Of a DNA stretch of 33,800 bases, positions 16,189 through 22,131 are shown piece after piece. Within the stretch, counting starts at the first letter, position 1; every line of letters starts with the position of its first letter. Under the pieces are notes generated by a model that was not told where the DNA came from, searched no databases, and worked only from the letters and a program-made list of their open reading frames with translations. Both the position numbers and the translations under genes were made by a program. The stretch is from a virus (lineage: Duplodnaviria > Heunggongvirae > Uroviricota > Caudoviricetes), in the IMG/VR virus record IMGVR_UViG_3300028561_000525, one strand, 5' to 3'.

Positions 16189-16210
16189 GTTTTTGTTCTT
16201 TGAAAAATAT

Positions 16211-16286
16211 CGGAGAGTGGCGCAGATGGTAGCGTGCTTGACTTGGGATCAAGAAGTCGCAGGTTCAAATCCTGTCTCTCCGACCA
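16211..16286 (+). tRNA. tRNA-Pro(TGG)
   Basis: Cloverleaf; CTTGA-CTTGGGA-TCAAG; CCA. Confidence 0.92.
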
Positions 16287-16289
16287 GAA

Positions 16290-16363
16290 TGTAGATTGGC
16301 GTCCGGAATTATTACTGTTACAAATGGGGGCGTCACCTCGTAACAGGGTAATGTCAATCTACA
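16290..16363 (+). ncRNA. Structured hairpin RNA, family A copy 1
   Basis: TGTAGATTGGC...GTCAATCTACA closing stem; homologous to 16918-17032. Confidence 0.55.
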
Positions 16364-16368
16364 CAAAA

Positions 16369-16512
16369 TATAGAGGTTGTGAGTGGAAACACTTCATCGA
16401 ATGTCAGCCTGAGGCCGGGCTGACCTGTAGCCTGATTGCAAGGGATACGAAGTAGATAAGAGTTAGACACATATTACATAGTATACGATGTATATGCTAC
16501 AACCTCTTTATA
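16369..16512 (+). ncRNA. Multibranched structured RNA
   Basis: AGAGGTTGT/ACAACCTCT closing stem, GAGTG-GAAA-CACTT, GTCAGCC/GGCTGAC. Confidence 0.45.
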
Positions 16513-16513
16513 T

Positions 16514-16589
16514 AGCCGGTTAGCTCAATTGGGAGAGCATCACGTTTACACCGTGAGGGCCGGGGGTTCAATTCCCTCACCGGCTACCA
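16514..16589 (+). tRNA. tRNA-Val(TAC)
   Basis: Cloverleaf; TCACG-TTTACAC-CGTGA; CCA. Confidence 0.92.
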
Positions 16590-16597
16590 GAAAATAT

Positions 16598-16732
16598 AGG
16601 TGTAAACAAGGTAGTCCGGAACGCCTTGGTCAGTTCGTCTAATGGATAGGACAACTTTGAGGAAGTAAATTCGTCGCGCGGCGGACACTTCCATAAAGGA
16701 AATGTGGGTTCAACTCCCACCTGACAACACCT
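16598..16732 (+). ncRNA. tRNA-like RNA with D and T arms but an extended anticodon arm
   Basis: GTCT-AATGGATA-GGAC D arm, GTGGG-TTCAACT-CCCAC T arm, 36-nt structured insert in place of the anticodon loop, extra closing stem AGGTGT/ACACCT. Confidence 0.55.
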
Positions 16733-16824
16733 CTATGAATTACTCATATAGGCGGTAAGAGCCCTATATGTAATGGTGTGGTAATGAGTGAGGATAACCA
16801 CAACGAAAACACCTTACTCACTAT

Positions 16825-16900
16825 AGAATCGTAGCTCAGTTGGGAGAGCGTTGCCCTGACACGGCAAAGGTCGTGGGTTCAACTCCCGCCGATTCTACCA
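16825..16900 (+). tRNA. tRNA-Val(GAC)
   Basis: Cloverleaf; TTGCC-CTGACAC-GGCAA; CCA. Confidence 0.92.
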
Positions 16901-16917
16901 TCTTTGAAAACAGAATA

Positions 16918-17032
16918 TACAGATTGGCGCTCGAGATTATTTCTGTGACTATATTGAATCTATGACGAGCCGCCGGCCGGAAACCGGGAGTGCGCGGTAG
17001 AGTGATTAGGAATGGGATAATGTCAATCTGTA
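16918..17032 (+). ncRNA. Structured hairpin RNA, family A copy 2
   Basis: TACAGATTGGC...GTCAATCTGTA closing stem with compensatory changes relative to copy 1. Confidence 0.55.
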
Positions 17033-17041
17033 AAAAAATGT

Positions 17042-17113
17042 CGTGGTGATTGCAGAAATGTGAGGAGGAAGCCGGATAAAACTTATGTCCAATACCGGCC
17101 ATCACCACGCCCA
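17042..17113 (+). ncRNA. tRNA-sized RNA with a 9-bp terminal stem and CCA, no canonical loops
   Basis: CGTGGTGAT/ATCACCACG-C-CCA; internal GCCGG/CCGGC. Confidence 0.4.
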
Positions 17114-17123
17114 GAAAAAATAT

Positions 17124-17200
17124 GGGGCGTTAGCTCACTATGGGAGAGCATCTCGCTTGCACCGAGAAGGCAGAGAGTTCGAATCTCTCACGCTCCACCA
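17124..17200 (+). tRNA. tRNA-Ala(TGC)
   Basis: Cloverleaf; G3:U70; CCA. Confidence 0.92.
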
Positions 17201-17204
17201 AAAT

Positions 17205-17284
17205 ATCCCGGTGATGCTGGTATCGAATCCAGCACGATGTATAACATCGTTAGAATAAGGTTCCTTCAATTCCCCGGGCGGGAT
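17205..17284 (+). ncRNA. Permuted tRNA-like RNA (T arm, closed acceptor hairpin, D arm; YrlA-like topology)
   Basis: GCTGG-TATCGAAT-CCAGC, ACGATG-TATAA-CATCGT, TA-GAA-TAAGGTTCC-TTC, closed by ATCCCG/CGGGAT. Confidence 0.4.
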
Positions 17285-17287
17285 TTT

Positions 17288-17360
17288 CGCGGGTAAGATT
17301 GGTATCTCGCCATGGCTCATAACCAAGGTTCAGGGGGTTCGATTCCCTCACCCGCTACCA
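17288..17360 (+). tRNA. tRNA-Met(CAT), atypical (C1:U72 mismatch, shortened D arm)
   Basis: Acceptor CGCGGGT/ACCCGCT, CTCATAA loop, T arm, CCA. Confidence 0.7.
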
Positions 17361-17367
17361 AAAACAC

Positions 17368-17457
17368 GGGAGATGTTCCCCACGGCGGTCTGTAAAACCG
17401 TTGTCTATAATTATGTGGGGCGGCAGACGGGTGGTTCAACTCCTCCATCTCCCACCA
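17368..17457 (+). tRNA. tRNA-Tyr(GTA), atypical (no local D hairpin, enlarged variable arm)
   Basis: GGGAGAT/ATCTCCC acceptor, GCGGT-CTGTAAA-ACCGT, T arm, CCA. Confidence 0.7.
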
Positions 17458-17465
17458 AAATATAT

Positions 17466-17542
17466 GGTGGCAGAAGCCAAATGGTGAGGCACAGGGTTGT
17501 GGCCCCTGTAAGGAGCGGGTTCGATTCCCGTCTGTCACCCCA
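17466..17542 (+). tRNA. tRNA-His(GTG)
   Basis: G-1:C73; CAGGG-TTGTGGC-CCCTG; CCA. Confidence 0.92.
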
Positions 17543-17546
17543 AAAA

Positions 17547-17660
17547 TAGATGGTGATATAGTAGTATCAGTAACGGTTGATAGTATTGTGGGCTTCTACT
17601 AAAGCTTGGTCACACAAGAGGGTAAACACCGTCCAGTAGGGTTGGAAACCTACCCATCTA
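17547..17660 (+). ncRNA. tRNA-like RNA with a non-canonical central arm
   Basis: TAGATGG/CCATCTA closing stem, TATCA-GTAACGGT-TGATA D-like arm, GTAGG..CCTAC T-like arm. Confidence 0.45.
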
Positions 17661-17666
17661 TAGAAT

Positions 17667-17742
17667 GGCCTTGTAGCTTAGTAGCCAGAGCACTTGACTG
17701 TCAATCAAGTAGGCGTGGGTGCAACTCCCATCAAGGTCGCCA
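17667..17742 (+). tRNA. tRNA-Asp(GTC)
   Basis: Cloverleaf; CTTGA-CTGTCAA-TCAAG; A18/G55 variant; CCA. Confidence 0.88.
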
Positions 17743-17873
17743 GAACTTGGTGGTACTCTTCCATCACGCCATAGGGAACGGAACGGGAAATCATAACCGT
17801 TCATCAACCTATGGAAAGAGAGAACCGTGAAAATCGGTTCTGTGTAGATGACTTGCAAGCATCTACACTTAAT

Positions 17874-17949
17874 GGGCTCGTGGCCAAATAGCTAAGGCGA
17901 CGGTCTGCAAAACCGTAGATTGTGGGTGCAATTCCCATCGGGCCCTCCA
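17874..17949 (+). tRNA. tRNA-Cys(GCA)
   Basis: Cloverleaf; ACGGT-CTGCAAA-ACCGT; U73; A18/G55 variant; CCA. Confidence 0.88.
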
Positions 17950-17957
17950 GAAAATAT

Positions 17958-18028
17958 GGGAGATGTGGGTTAAAGCCCCACCGGATGCCGCGGTAATCCG
18001 TAGGTTAATGAGAATAAACCGCCCTCCA
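17958..18028 (+). ncRNA. Degenerate tRNA-like element ending in CCA
   Basis: GGGAG.../CCCTCCA, GGG-TTAAAG-CCC, CGGA/TCCG; no valid anticodon loop. Confidence 0.35.
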
Positions 18029-18034
18029 AAATAT

Positions 18035-18112
18035 AGACCCGTAGGCGAAACGGATTATGCCGCCACCCTTTCAAGGTGGAGATTGCGAGTTCAAATCTCG
18101 TCGGGTCTACCA
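18035..18112 (+). tRNA. tRNA-Glu(TTC)
   Basis: Cloverleaf; CCACC-CTTTCAA-GGTGG; CCA. Confidence 0.88.
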
Positions 18113-18116
18113 TATA

Positions 18117-18230
18117 TGGGATGTGAGCTACGATGTTGGTAAGGCCTGAAGGGGCACTCTATAGGGATGCCAACTTTTTATCCCTATAAAATAGTGATGC
18201 CAGTAGGTATAATCCTACCACATCCCACGA
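18117..18230 (+). ncRNA. tRNA-like RNA with a long central arm
   Basis: TGGGATGTG/CACATCCCA, GTAGG-TATAAT-CCTAC, GGCA..TGCC enclosing TATAGGGA/TCCCTATA. Confidence 0.5.
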
Positions 18231-18235
18231 AATAT

Positions 18236-18310
18236 GAGGTCGTAGCTCAACGGTAGAGCAACTGGCTTTTAACCAGTAGGTTGAGGGTTCAATTCCCTTC
18301 GGCTTCACCA
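18236..18310 (+). tRNA. tRNA-Lys(TTT)
   Basis: Cloverleaf; ACTGG-CTTTTAA-CCAGT; CCA. Confidence 0.92.
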
Positions 18311-18319
18311 AAAATATGT

Positions 18320-18395
18320 GGGTATGTAGCAAAGTGGCAAATGCAATCGGCTCTTAACCGATAGAGCGCAGGTTCAAATCCTGTCATACCCACCA
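18320..18395 (+). tRNA. tRNA-Lys(CTT)
   Basis: Cloverleaf; ATCGG-CTCTTAA-CCGAT; CCA. Confidence 0.92.
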
Positions 18396-18402
18396 AAAAT
18401 AA

Positions 18403-18493
18403 AGTTGTATCAAAGGCAAACGTATGTGCCGATTAGTGGTCTGAAGCTCCGTCATTTGGCGGTGGTGGACGGTTCAATTCCGTTGATACAATT
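18403..18493 (+). ncRNA. tRNA-like element (acceptor, T arm, variable arm) without a valid anticodon arm or CCA
   Basis: TTGTATCA/TGATACAA, GACGG-TTCAATT-CCGTT, CCGTCA-TT-TGGCGG. Confidence 0.4.
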
Positions 18494-18505
18494 TTTATAA
18501 AATAC

Positions 18506-18581
18506 GGGTCTTTGGTGTAAACGCAAACACACTTGTCTCCAAAACAAGCAGATGAGGGTTGAAATCCTTCAAGGCCCGCCA
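18506..18581 (+). tRNA. tRNA-Trp(CCA)
   Basis: Cloverleaf; CTTGT-CTCCAAA-ACAAG; C19/G56 variant; CCA. Confidence 0.88.
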
Positions 18582-18651
18582 TAAAAAGTGTCGAAAGAGG
18601 CACAGAAGGTCGAGAGATTTTCGACATACTATGCCTAATTATACAATTTTT

Positions 18652-18726
18652 GCTCCCATCGTCTAATGGTTAGGACGCTGGCCTCTCACGCCGGAAATAT
18701 GAGTTCAAATCTCTTTGGGAGTACCA
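18652..18726 (+). tRNA. tRNA-Glu(CTC)
   Basis: Cloverleaf; CTGGC-CTCTCAC-GCCGG; CCA. Confidence 0.9.
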
Positions 18727-18737
18727 GAGGAAAGAAT

Positions 18738-19031
18738 ATGTATCACGATTTTTACATATACAAAAATGTAAGACCGAATGGTAACCTCATGAAAATACAA
18801 GTCATCAAGGAGTTGAGGTCTGTGCTTTCTCTTGGTCTGAAAGAAGCAAAAGACATTGTTGACTTTATGGATACTATCACGGGAACCAATAGTTTGTCAT
18901 ACAGGGTAAATATGACGAAGGAACAGGCATTACAATTAAAAGATTTGGGTTTTAGTATCTGGTACGCGAGTACGGGGAAGGTAGTAACTGCTGAGGAATT
19001 TTTACCGGATGAATTATTTGTAATTGAATAG
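18738..19031 (+). CDS. Protein with a ribosomal bL12 C-terminal-domain motif
   Basis: KIQVIKELRSVLSLGLKEAKDIVD matches the bL12 KI.VIK.VR.IT.LGLKEAKDLVE motif; GAGGA SD. Confidence 0.7.
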   Translation: MYHDFYIYKNVRPNGNLMKIQVIKELRSVLSLGLKEAKDIVDFMDTITGTNSLSYRVNMTKEQALQLKDLGFSIWYASTGKVVTAEEFLPDELFVIE

Positions 19032-19034
19032 AAT

Positions 19035-19110
19035 GGGGCGTTAGCTCAGTTGGGAGAGCACAAGGCTGGCAGTCTTGGGGTCGAGAGTTCAAGTCTCTCA
19101 CGCTCCACCA
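19035..19110 (+). tRNA. tRNA-Ala(GGC)
   Basis: Cloverleaf; G3:U70; CCA. Confidence 0.92.
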
Positions 19111-19120
19111 AGGATTGAAA

Positions 19121-19696
19121 ATGGGAAGAACATTTATAACAGCGGATACTCACTTCGGTCACGAAGATATGATTGGTTTCTGCAACAGGCCTTTCAAGAC
19201 CGTGGAAAAGATGGATAGGGTTTTGATAAGGAACTGGAACGAAAGGGTGAAACCAAAGGACACCGTTATATTTGTTGGAGATTTTGCTTTCAATGAATGT
19301 AACAGAGTGGATTATTATATTGAGAGGCTGAATGGTGACAAGGTTTTTATCAGGGGAAACCACGATAAAAACAACGGGCTCAAGACAAAAATTGAGAATC
19401 TCACTTTGAGAAACGGAAATAATCTTTTGTATTGTGTCCACGATCCAAGACACATAAACAGGGATATCAATATCAACCTTGTTGCTCACGTTCACTTGAA
19501 TTGGAGAGCAAAGTGGATAACTTGGAATGATACAAAAAGAGGAAATATCCTCATCAATGTAGGTGTTGATTGGTGGAAATTTTATCCGGTTGAATTACAG
19601 GAGATAATGGCTTTTGTAAATCATATCAAGAAAAATTTTCCAACATTGAATTATAACTACAATGATTGGATAAGACCTTATAAAGAGGAAAGGTAA
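19121..19696 (+). CDS. Calcineurin-like metallophosphoesterase
   Basis: ADTHFGH, VGDF, RGNHD, HDP, AHVH, NVGVD. Confidence 0.9.
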   Translation: MGRTFITADTHFGHEDMIGFCNRPFKTVEKMDRVLIRNWNERVKPKDTVIFVGDFAFNECNRVDYYIERLNGDKVFIRGNHDKNNGLKTKIENLTLRNGNNLLYCVHDPRHINRDININLVAHVHLNWRAKWITWNDTKRGNILINVGVDWWKFYPVELQEIMAFVNHIKKNFPTLNYNYNDWIRPYKEER

Positions 19697-19701
19697 ATAA
19701 A

Positions 19702-20478
19702 ATGTTAGGACTACCAAGTGATTACAAGTTATTGTTCAGGACTGTAGCCGGAAGTCATCTTTACGGAACCGCAACGGAAACTTCTGATGTGGATGAAAGG
19801 GGTGTGTTCCTTGCACCGGAAAGATACTGGCTCGGCTTTCTTGACAGGGTTGAACAGGTTGAGGATAAGAAACAGGACAAGGTTTTTTATGAGTTCAGAA
19901 AGTTCCTGAAACTTACTCTTGACTGTAACCCGAATATGGTCGAGTTGCTTTTTGTTCCTGAAGATAAATGGTTGAACCATTCTGATGAGTGGTTTGATGT
20001 TCTGAAAGTGAGAGATGCTTTTCTTTCCAAGAAAGCAAAACACACTTTCTCAGGATATGCTCATTCTCAGCTCAAGAGGTTGAAGAACCATAAAAGATGG
20101 ATGGACGGTTTTGTTCCTACCGATAAATCCGAAAGGGAAGCATGGGAACTCTGGAAGAAAAACAGAAATCCCGAAAGATTTGCCCTTGAGGAAAAGTTTG
20201 GGTATGATACGAAACACGCTGCCCATCTGATGAGATTGATGTATGAAGGTAAGGAACTGTTACTTACCGGAAATCTTACTTTTCCAAGACCGGAAGCAGA
20301 GTTTCTTGTTTTTTTGAGAAACGGATACTGGTCTTACGATGAGTTGATGGAGAATGTTTCCAAGTTTGATGAGGACTTTGAAAGGTGGTATGAGTTATCT
20401 CCACTTCCTCATTCTCCTGACAGAGTAAGAGTAAACGAACTCTGTATGGATGTTGCAAGGAGACTATTATTGAAATAA
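19702..20478 (+). CDS. Nucleotidyltransferase (Nuc-transf/RlaP-like family)
   Basis: VAGSHLYG...SDVDERGVF, CNPNMVELLF, GYAHSQLKR, GYDTKHAAHLMRL. Confidence 0.85.
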   Translation: MLGLPSDYKLLFRTVAGSHLYGTATETSDVDERGVFLAPERYWLGFLDRVEQVEDKKQDKVFYEFRKFLKLTLDCNPNMVELLFVPEDKWLNHSDEWFDVLKVRDAFLSKKAKHTFSGYAHSQLKRLKNHKRWMDGFVPTDKSEREAWELWKKNRNPERFALEEKFGYDTKHAAHLMRLMYEGKELLLTGNLTFPRPEAEFLVFLRNGYWSYDELMENVSKFDEDFERWYELSPLPHSPDRVRVNELCMDVARRLLLK

Positions 20479-20581
20479 CGGGTTTGAGGGGATGCCCCGC
20501 TGACCATTCCTACAAGGAATGGGGAGGCTCATCAGGTTAGTCCTCATGGCTGCCGTGGATGGGAGCCCGTATAGAACAAAG

Positions 20582-20647
20582 TTCCCGCTCGGGAATAATT
20601 CGGTTCTTTTCGGAAGAAATGTTATCGGTTATTCCCGCTCGGGAATA
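20582..20647 (+). repeat. Two copies of the palindrome TTCCCG-CT-CGGGAATA
   Basis: Identical 16-mers at 20582-20597 and 20632-20647. Confidence 0.8.
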
Positions 20648-20649
20648 TT

Positions 20650-20726
20650 GGAGATGTAGCTCAGTAGGTAGTAGCGCTTGCCTGAAGAGCAAGAGGTCGG
20701 CGGTTCAATTCCGCCTGTCTCCACCA
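20650..20726 (+). tRNA. tRNA-Phe(GAA)
   Basis: Cloverleaf; CTTGC-CTGAAGA-GCAAG; CCA. Confidence 0.92.
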
Positions 20727-20728
20727 AT

Positions 20729-20804
20729 GCCGGAATAGCGCAACTGGAAACGCAGGTCTTTCGTAAGGACAAGATTATCGGTTCAAATCCGATTTCCGGC
20801 TCCA
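20729..20804 (+). tRNA. tRNA-Thr(CGT)
   Basis: GCCGGAA/TTCCGGC acceptor; TTCGTAA loop; CCA. Confidence 0.85.
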
Positions 20805-20812
20805 ATAAATAT

Positions 20813-20889
20813 ATGGGGTCTGGTATGGACTGGCTATGAGAAGCAAGGCTCAAATGCCGAAGCCCGTTAGATTCGGGCGCCCCATTCCA
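20813..20889 (+). ncRNA. tRNA-like element with CCA and a non-canonical anticodon arm
   Basis: ATGGGGT/GCCCCAT-T-CCA, GCCCG-TTAGATT-CGGGC. Confidence 0.45.
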
Positions 20890-20896
20890 GAATAAT

Positions 20897-20979
20897 GCCG
20901 ATGTCGCCTAATGGTATGGCAGCTGATTTGTAATCAGCCGGAGAAATCTGTGGGGGTTCGATTCCCTCCATCGGCTCCA
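20897..20979 (+). tRNA. tRNA-Thr(TGT) with a long variable arm
   Basis: GCTGA-TTTGTAA-TCAGC; 13-nt variable region GGA-GAAA-TCT; CCA. Confidence 0.88.
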
Positions 20980-20987
20980 GAAAATAT

Positions 20988-21062
20988 GCGGATGTAACTC
21001 AACGGTAGAGTATCTCGTTGCCATCGAGAAGGTTGACGGTTCAAATCCGTTCATCCGCTCCA
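20988..21062 (+). tRNA. tRNA-Gly(GCC)
   Basis: Cloverleaf; U73; CCA. Confidence 0.92.
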
Positions 21063-21070
21063 AAATTTAT

Positions 21071-21148
21071 GCCGGTGTGATGGAACTTGGCATACATACT
21101 GCGCTTAGAACGCAGGTTTTCGGGGTTCAACTCCCTGCACCGGCACCA
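21071..21148 (+). tRNA. tRNA-Leu(TAG), short variable loop
   Basis: CTGCG-CTTAGAA-CGCAG; A73; CCA. Confidence 0.88.
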
Positions 21149-21172
21149 TAAATATATAGAAGTAAAACAGAT

Positions 21173-21748
21173 ATGGCCGAGACAAGAAAAGCAAGAAAGA
21201 GAAGGCACGAAGAGGGATTTTTCCAGAAGTATTGTAATGGAAGAGGTATTGATATAGGTTGTGGTAATGACCCCATTCTTCCGGATGTGGATATGTGGGA
21301 TCTATCCATCAGTAAAGATCACGATGCAACTTATATGAAAGGTATTCCGGACAATACTTATGACTTCGTATATTCGTCACATTGCCTTGAGGATTTGGAA
21401 AAACCGGATGTGGCAATAAAGAACTGGTGGAGAATATTGAGAGATGATGGATATCTCATTATTTTTGTTCCTCATCGTGATTTATTCGAATTGAGAAGGA
21501 CACTACCTTCTGCTGGTAATGCAAATCACAAATGGTTCTTTGTGATTGATAAAAATGAGCCGCCAGTTACAATAGGATTGATACCATTTATTATTGACAA
21601 TCTTACGGATTATGATATAATTTATGTGAAGAAGTGTGACGATAACTACAGTTATTACATAAAAGATAACAGATATGTAATAGCGGCCGGGGAGTTTTCC
21701 ATCGAGGCGGTTATCAGAAAAGGAAATAAAACAAAGTTTATAGATTAG
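21173..21748 (+). CDS. Class I SAM-dependent methyltransferase
   Basis: GIDIGCG, YDFVYSSHCLEDL, WWRILRDDGYLIIFVP. Confidence 0.88.
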   Translation: MAETRKARKRRHEEGFFQKYCNGRGIDIGCGNDPILPDVDMWDLSISKDHDATYMKGIPDNTYDFVYSSHCLEDLEKPDVAIKNWWRILRDDGYLIIFVPHRDLFELRRTLPSAGNANHKWFFVIDKNEPPVTIGLIPFIIDNLTDYDIIYVKKCDDNYSYYIKDNRYVIAAGEFSIEAVIRKGNKTKFID

Positions 21749-21826
21749 CCGGAGTGAAGGGAATTAGGCATACCTTCCTGACTTAAAATTAGGAGTGTGG
21801 GAGTTCGACTCTCCCCTCCGGCACCA
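21748..21826 (+). tRNA. tRNA-Leu(TAA), short variable loop
   Basis: CCTGA-CTTAAAA-TTAGG; A73; CCA. Confidence 0.88.
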
Positions 21827-21828
21827 AT

Positions 21829-21914
21829 GGGGAAGTGGTGTAATAGCAGCCACGCAAGTCTGAGGGGCTTGTGCTCGAAAGGGCGTGTAGGTGCAAATCC
21901 TACCTTCCTCACCA
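21829..21914 (+). tRNA. tRNA-Leu(GAG)
   Basis: CAAGT-CTGAGGG-GCTTG; long variable arm; A18/G55 variant; CCA. Confidence 0.88.
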
Positions 21915-21919
21915 GAAAT

Positions 21920-22033
21920 ATCGGGGTATCGTGTCAGCGATAATGGAAGTGGGTTTCATAGACCGCCTTGACCTGACAGAAAAGAGGATGGTTGACCCTA
22001 ACCTATGAAACGGGCGTGACCCCGTTCCCCGAT
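21920..22033 (+). ncRNA. tRNA-like RNA with a long central arm
   Basis: ATCGGGG/CCCCGAT, TATCG/CGATA, GTTTCATAG/CTATGAAAC, AACGG/CCGTT. Confidence 0.45.
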
Positions 22034-22042
22034 TGAAAATAT

Positions 22043-22117
22043 GGCCGGGTAGTTCAATGGTAGAACGTGCGACTTATAATCGCTTGACGGTAGGTTCAAC
22101 TCCTCTCCCGGCTACCA
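22043..22117 (+). tRNA. tRNA-Ile(TAT)
   Basis: GCGA-CTTATAA-TCGC; A73; CCA. Confidence 0.88.
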
Positions 22118-22131
22118 ATATTGGAGTTATT

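Noticed and set aside
16630-16725. Intron-containing tRNA
   Set aside because: Removing any part of the 36-nt insert does not give a canonical U33 anticodon loop, and there are no group I or BHB features
15560-18627. ORF-track ORFs overlapping the tRNA/ncRNA array (e.g. 15560-15871, 16234-16455, 17060-17296, 17317-17538, 18433-18627)
   Set aside because: They coincide with tRNA genes or structured RNAs, lack SD sites and give no protein motifs
21071-21826. tRNAs with TAG/TAA anticodons as stop suppressors, and possible genetic-code reassignment
   Set aside because: Anticodons TAG and TAA read the Leu codons CUA and UUA. No CTA/TTA/TCA anticodon was found, and conserved genes (e.g. gp44) end at TAG with normal length.
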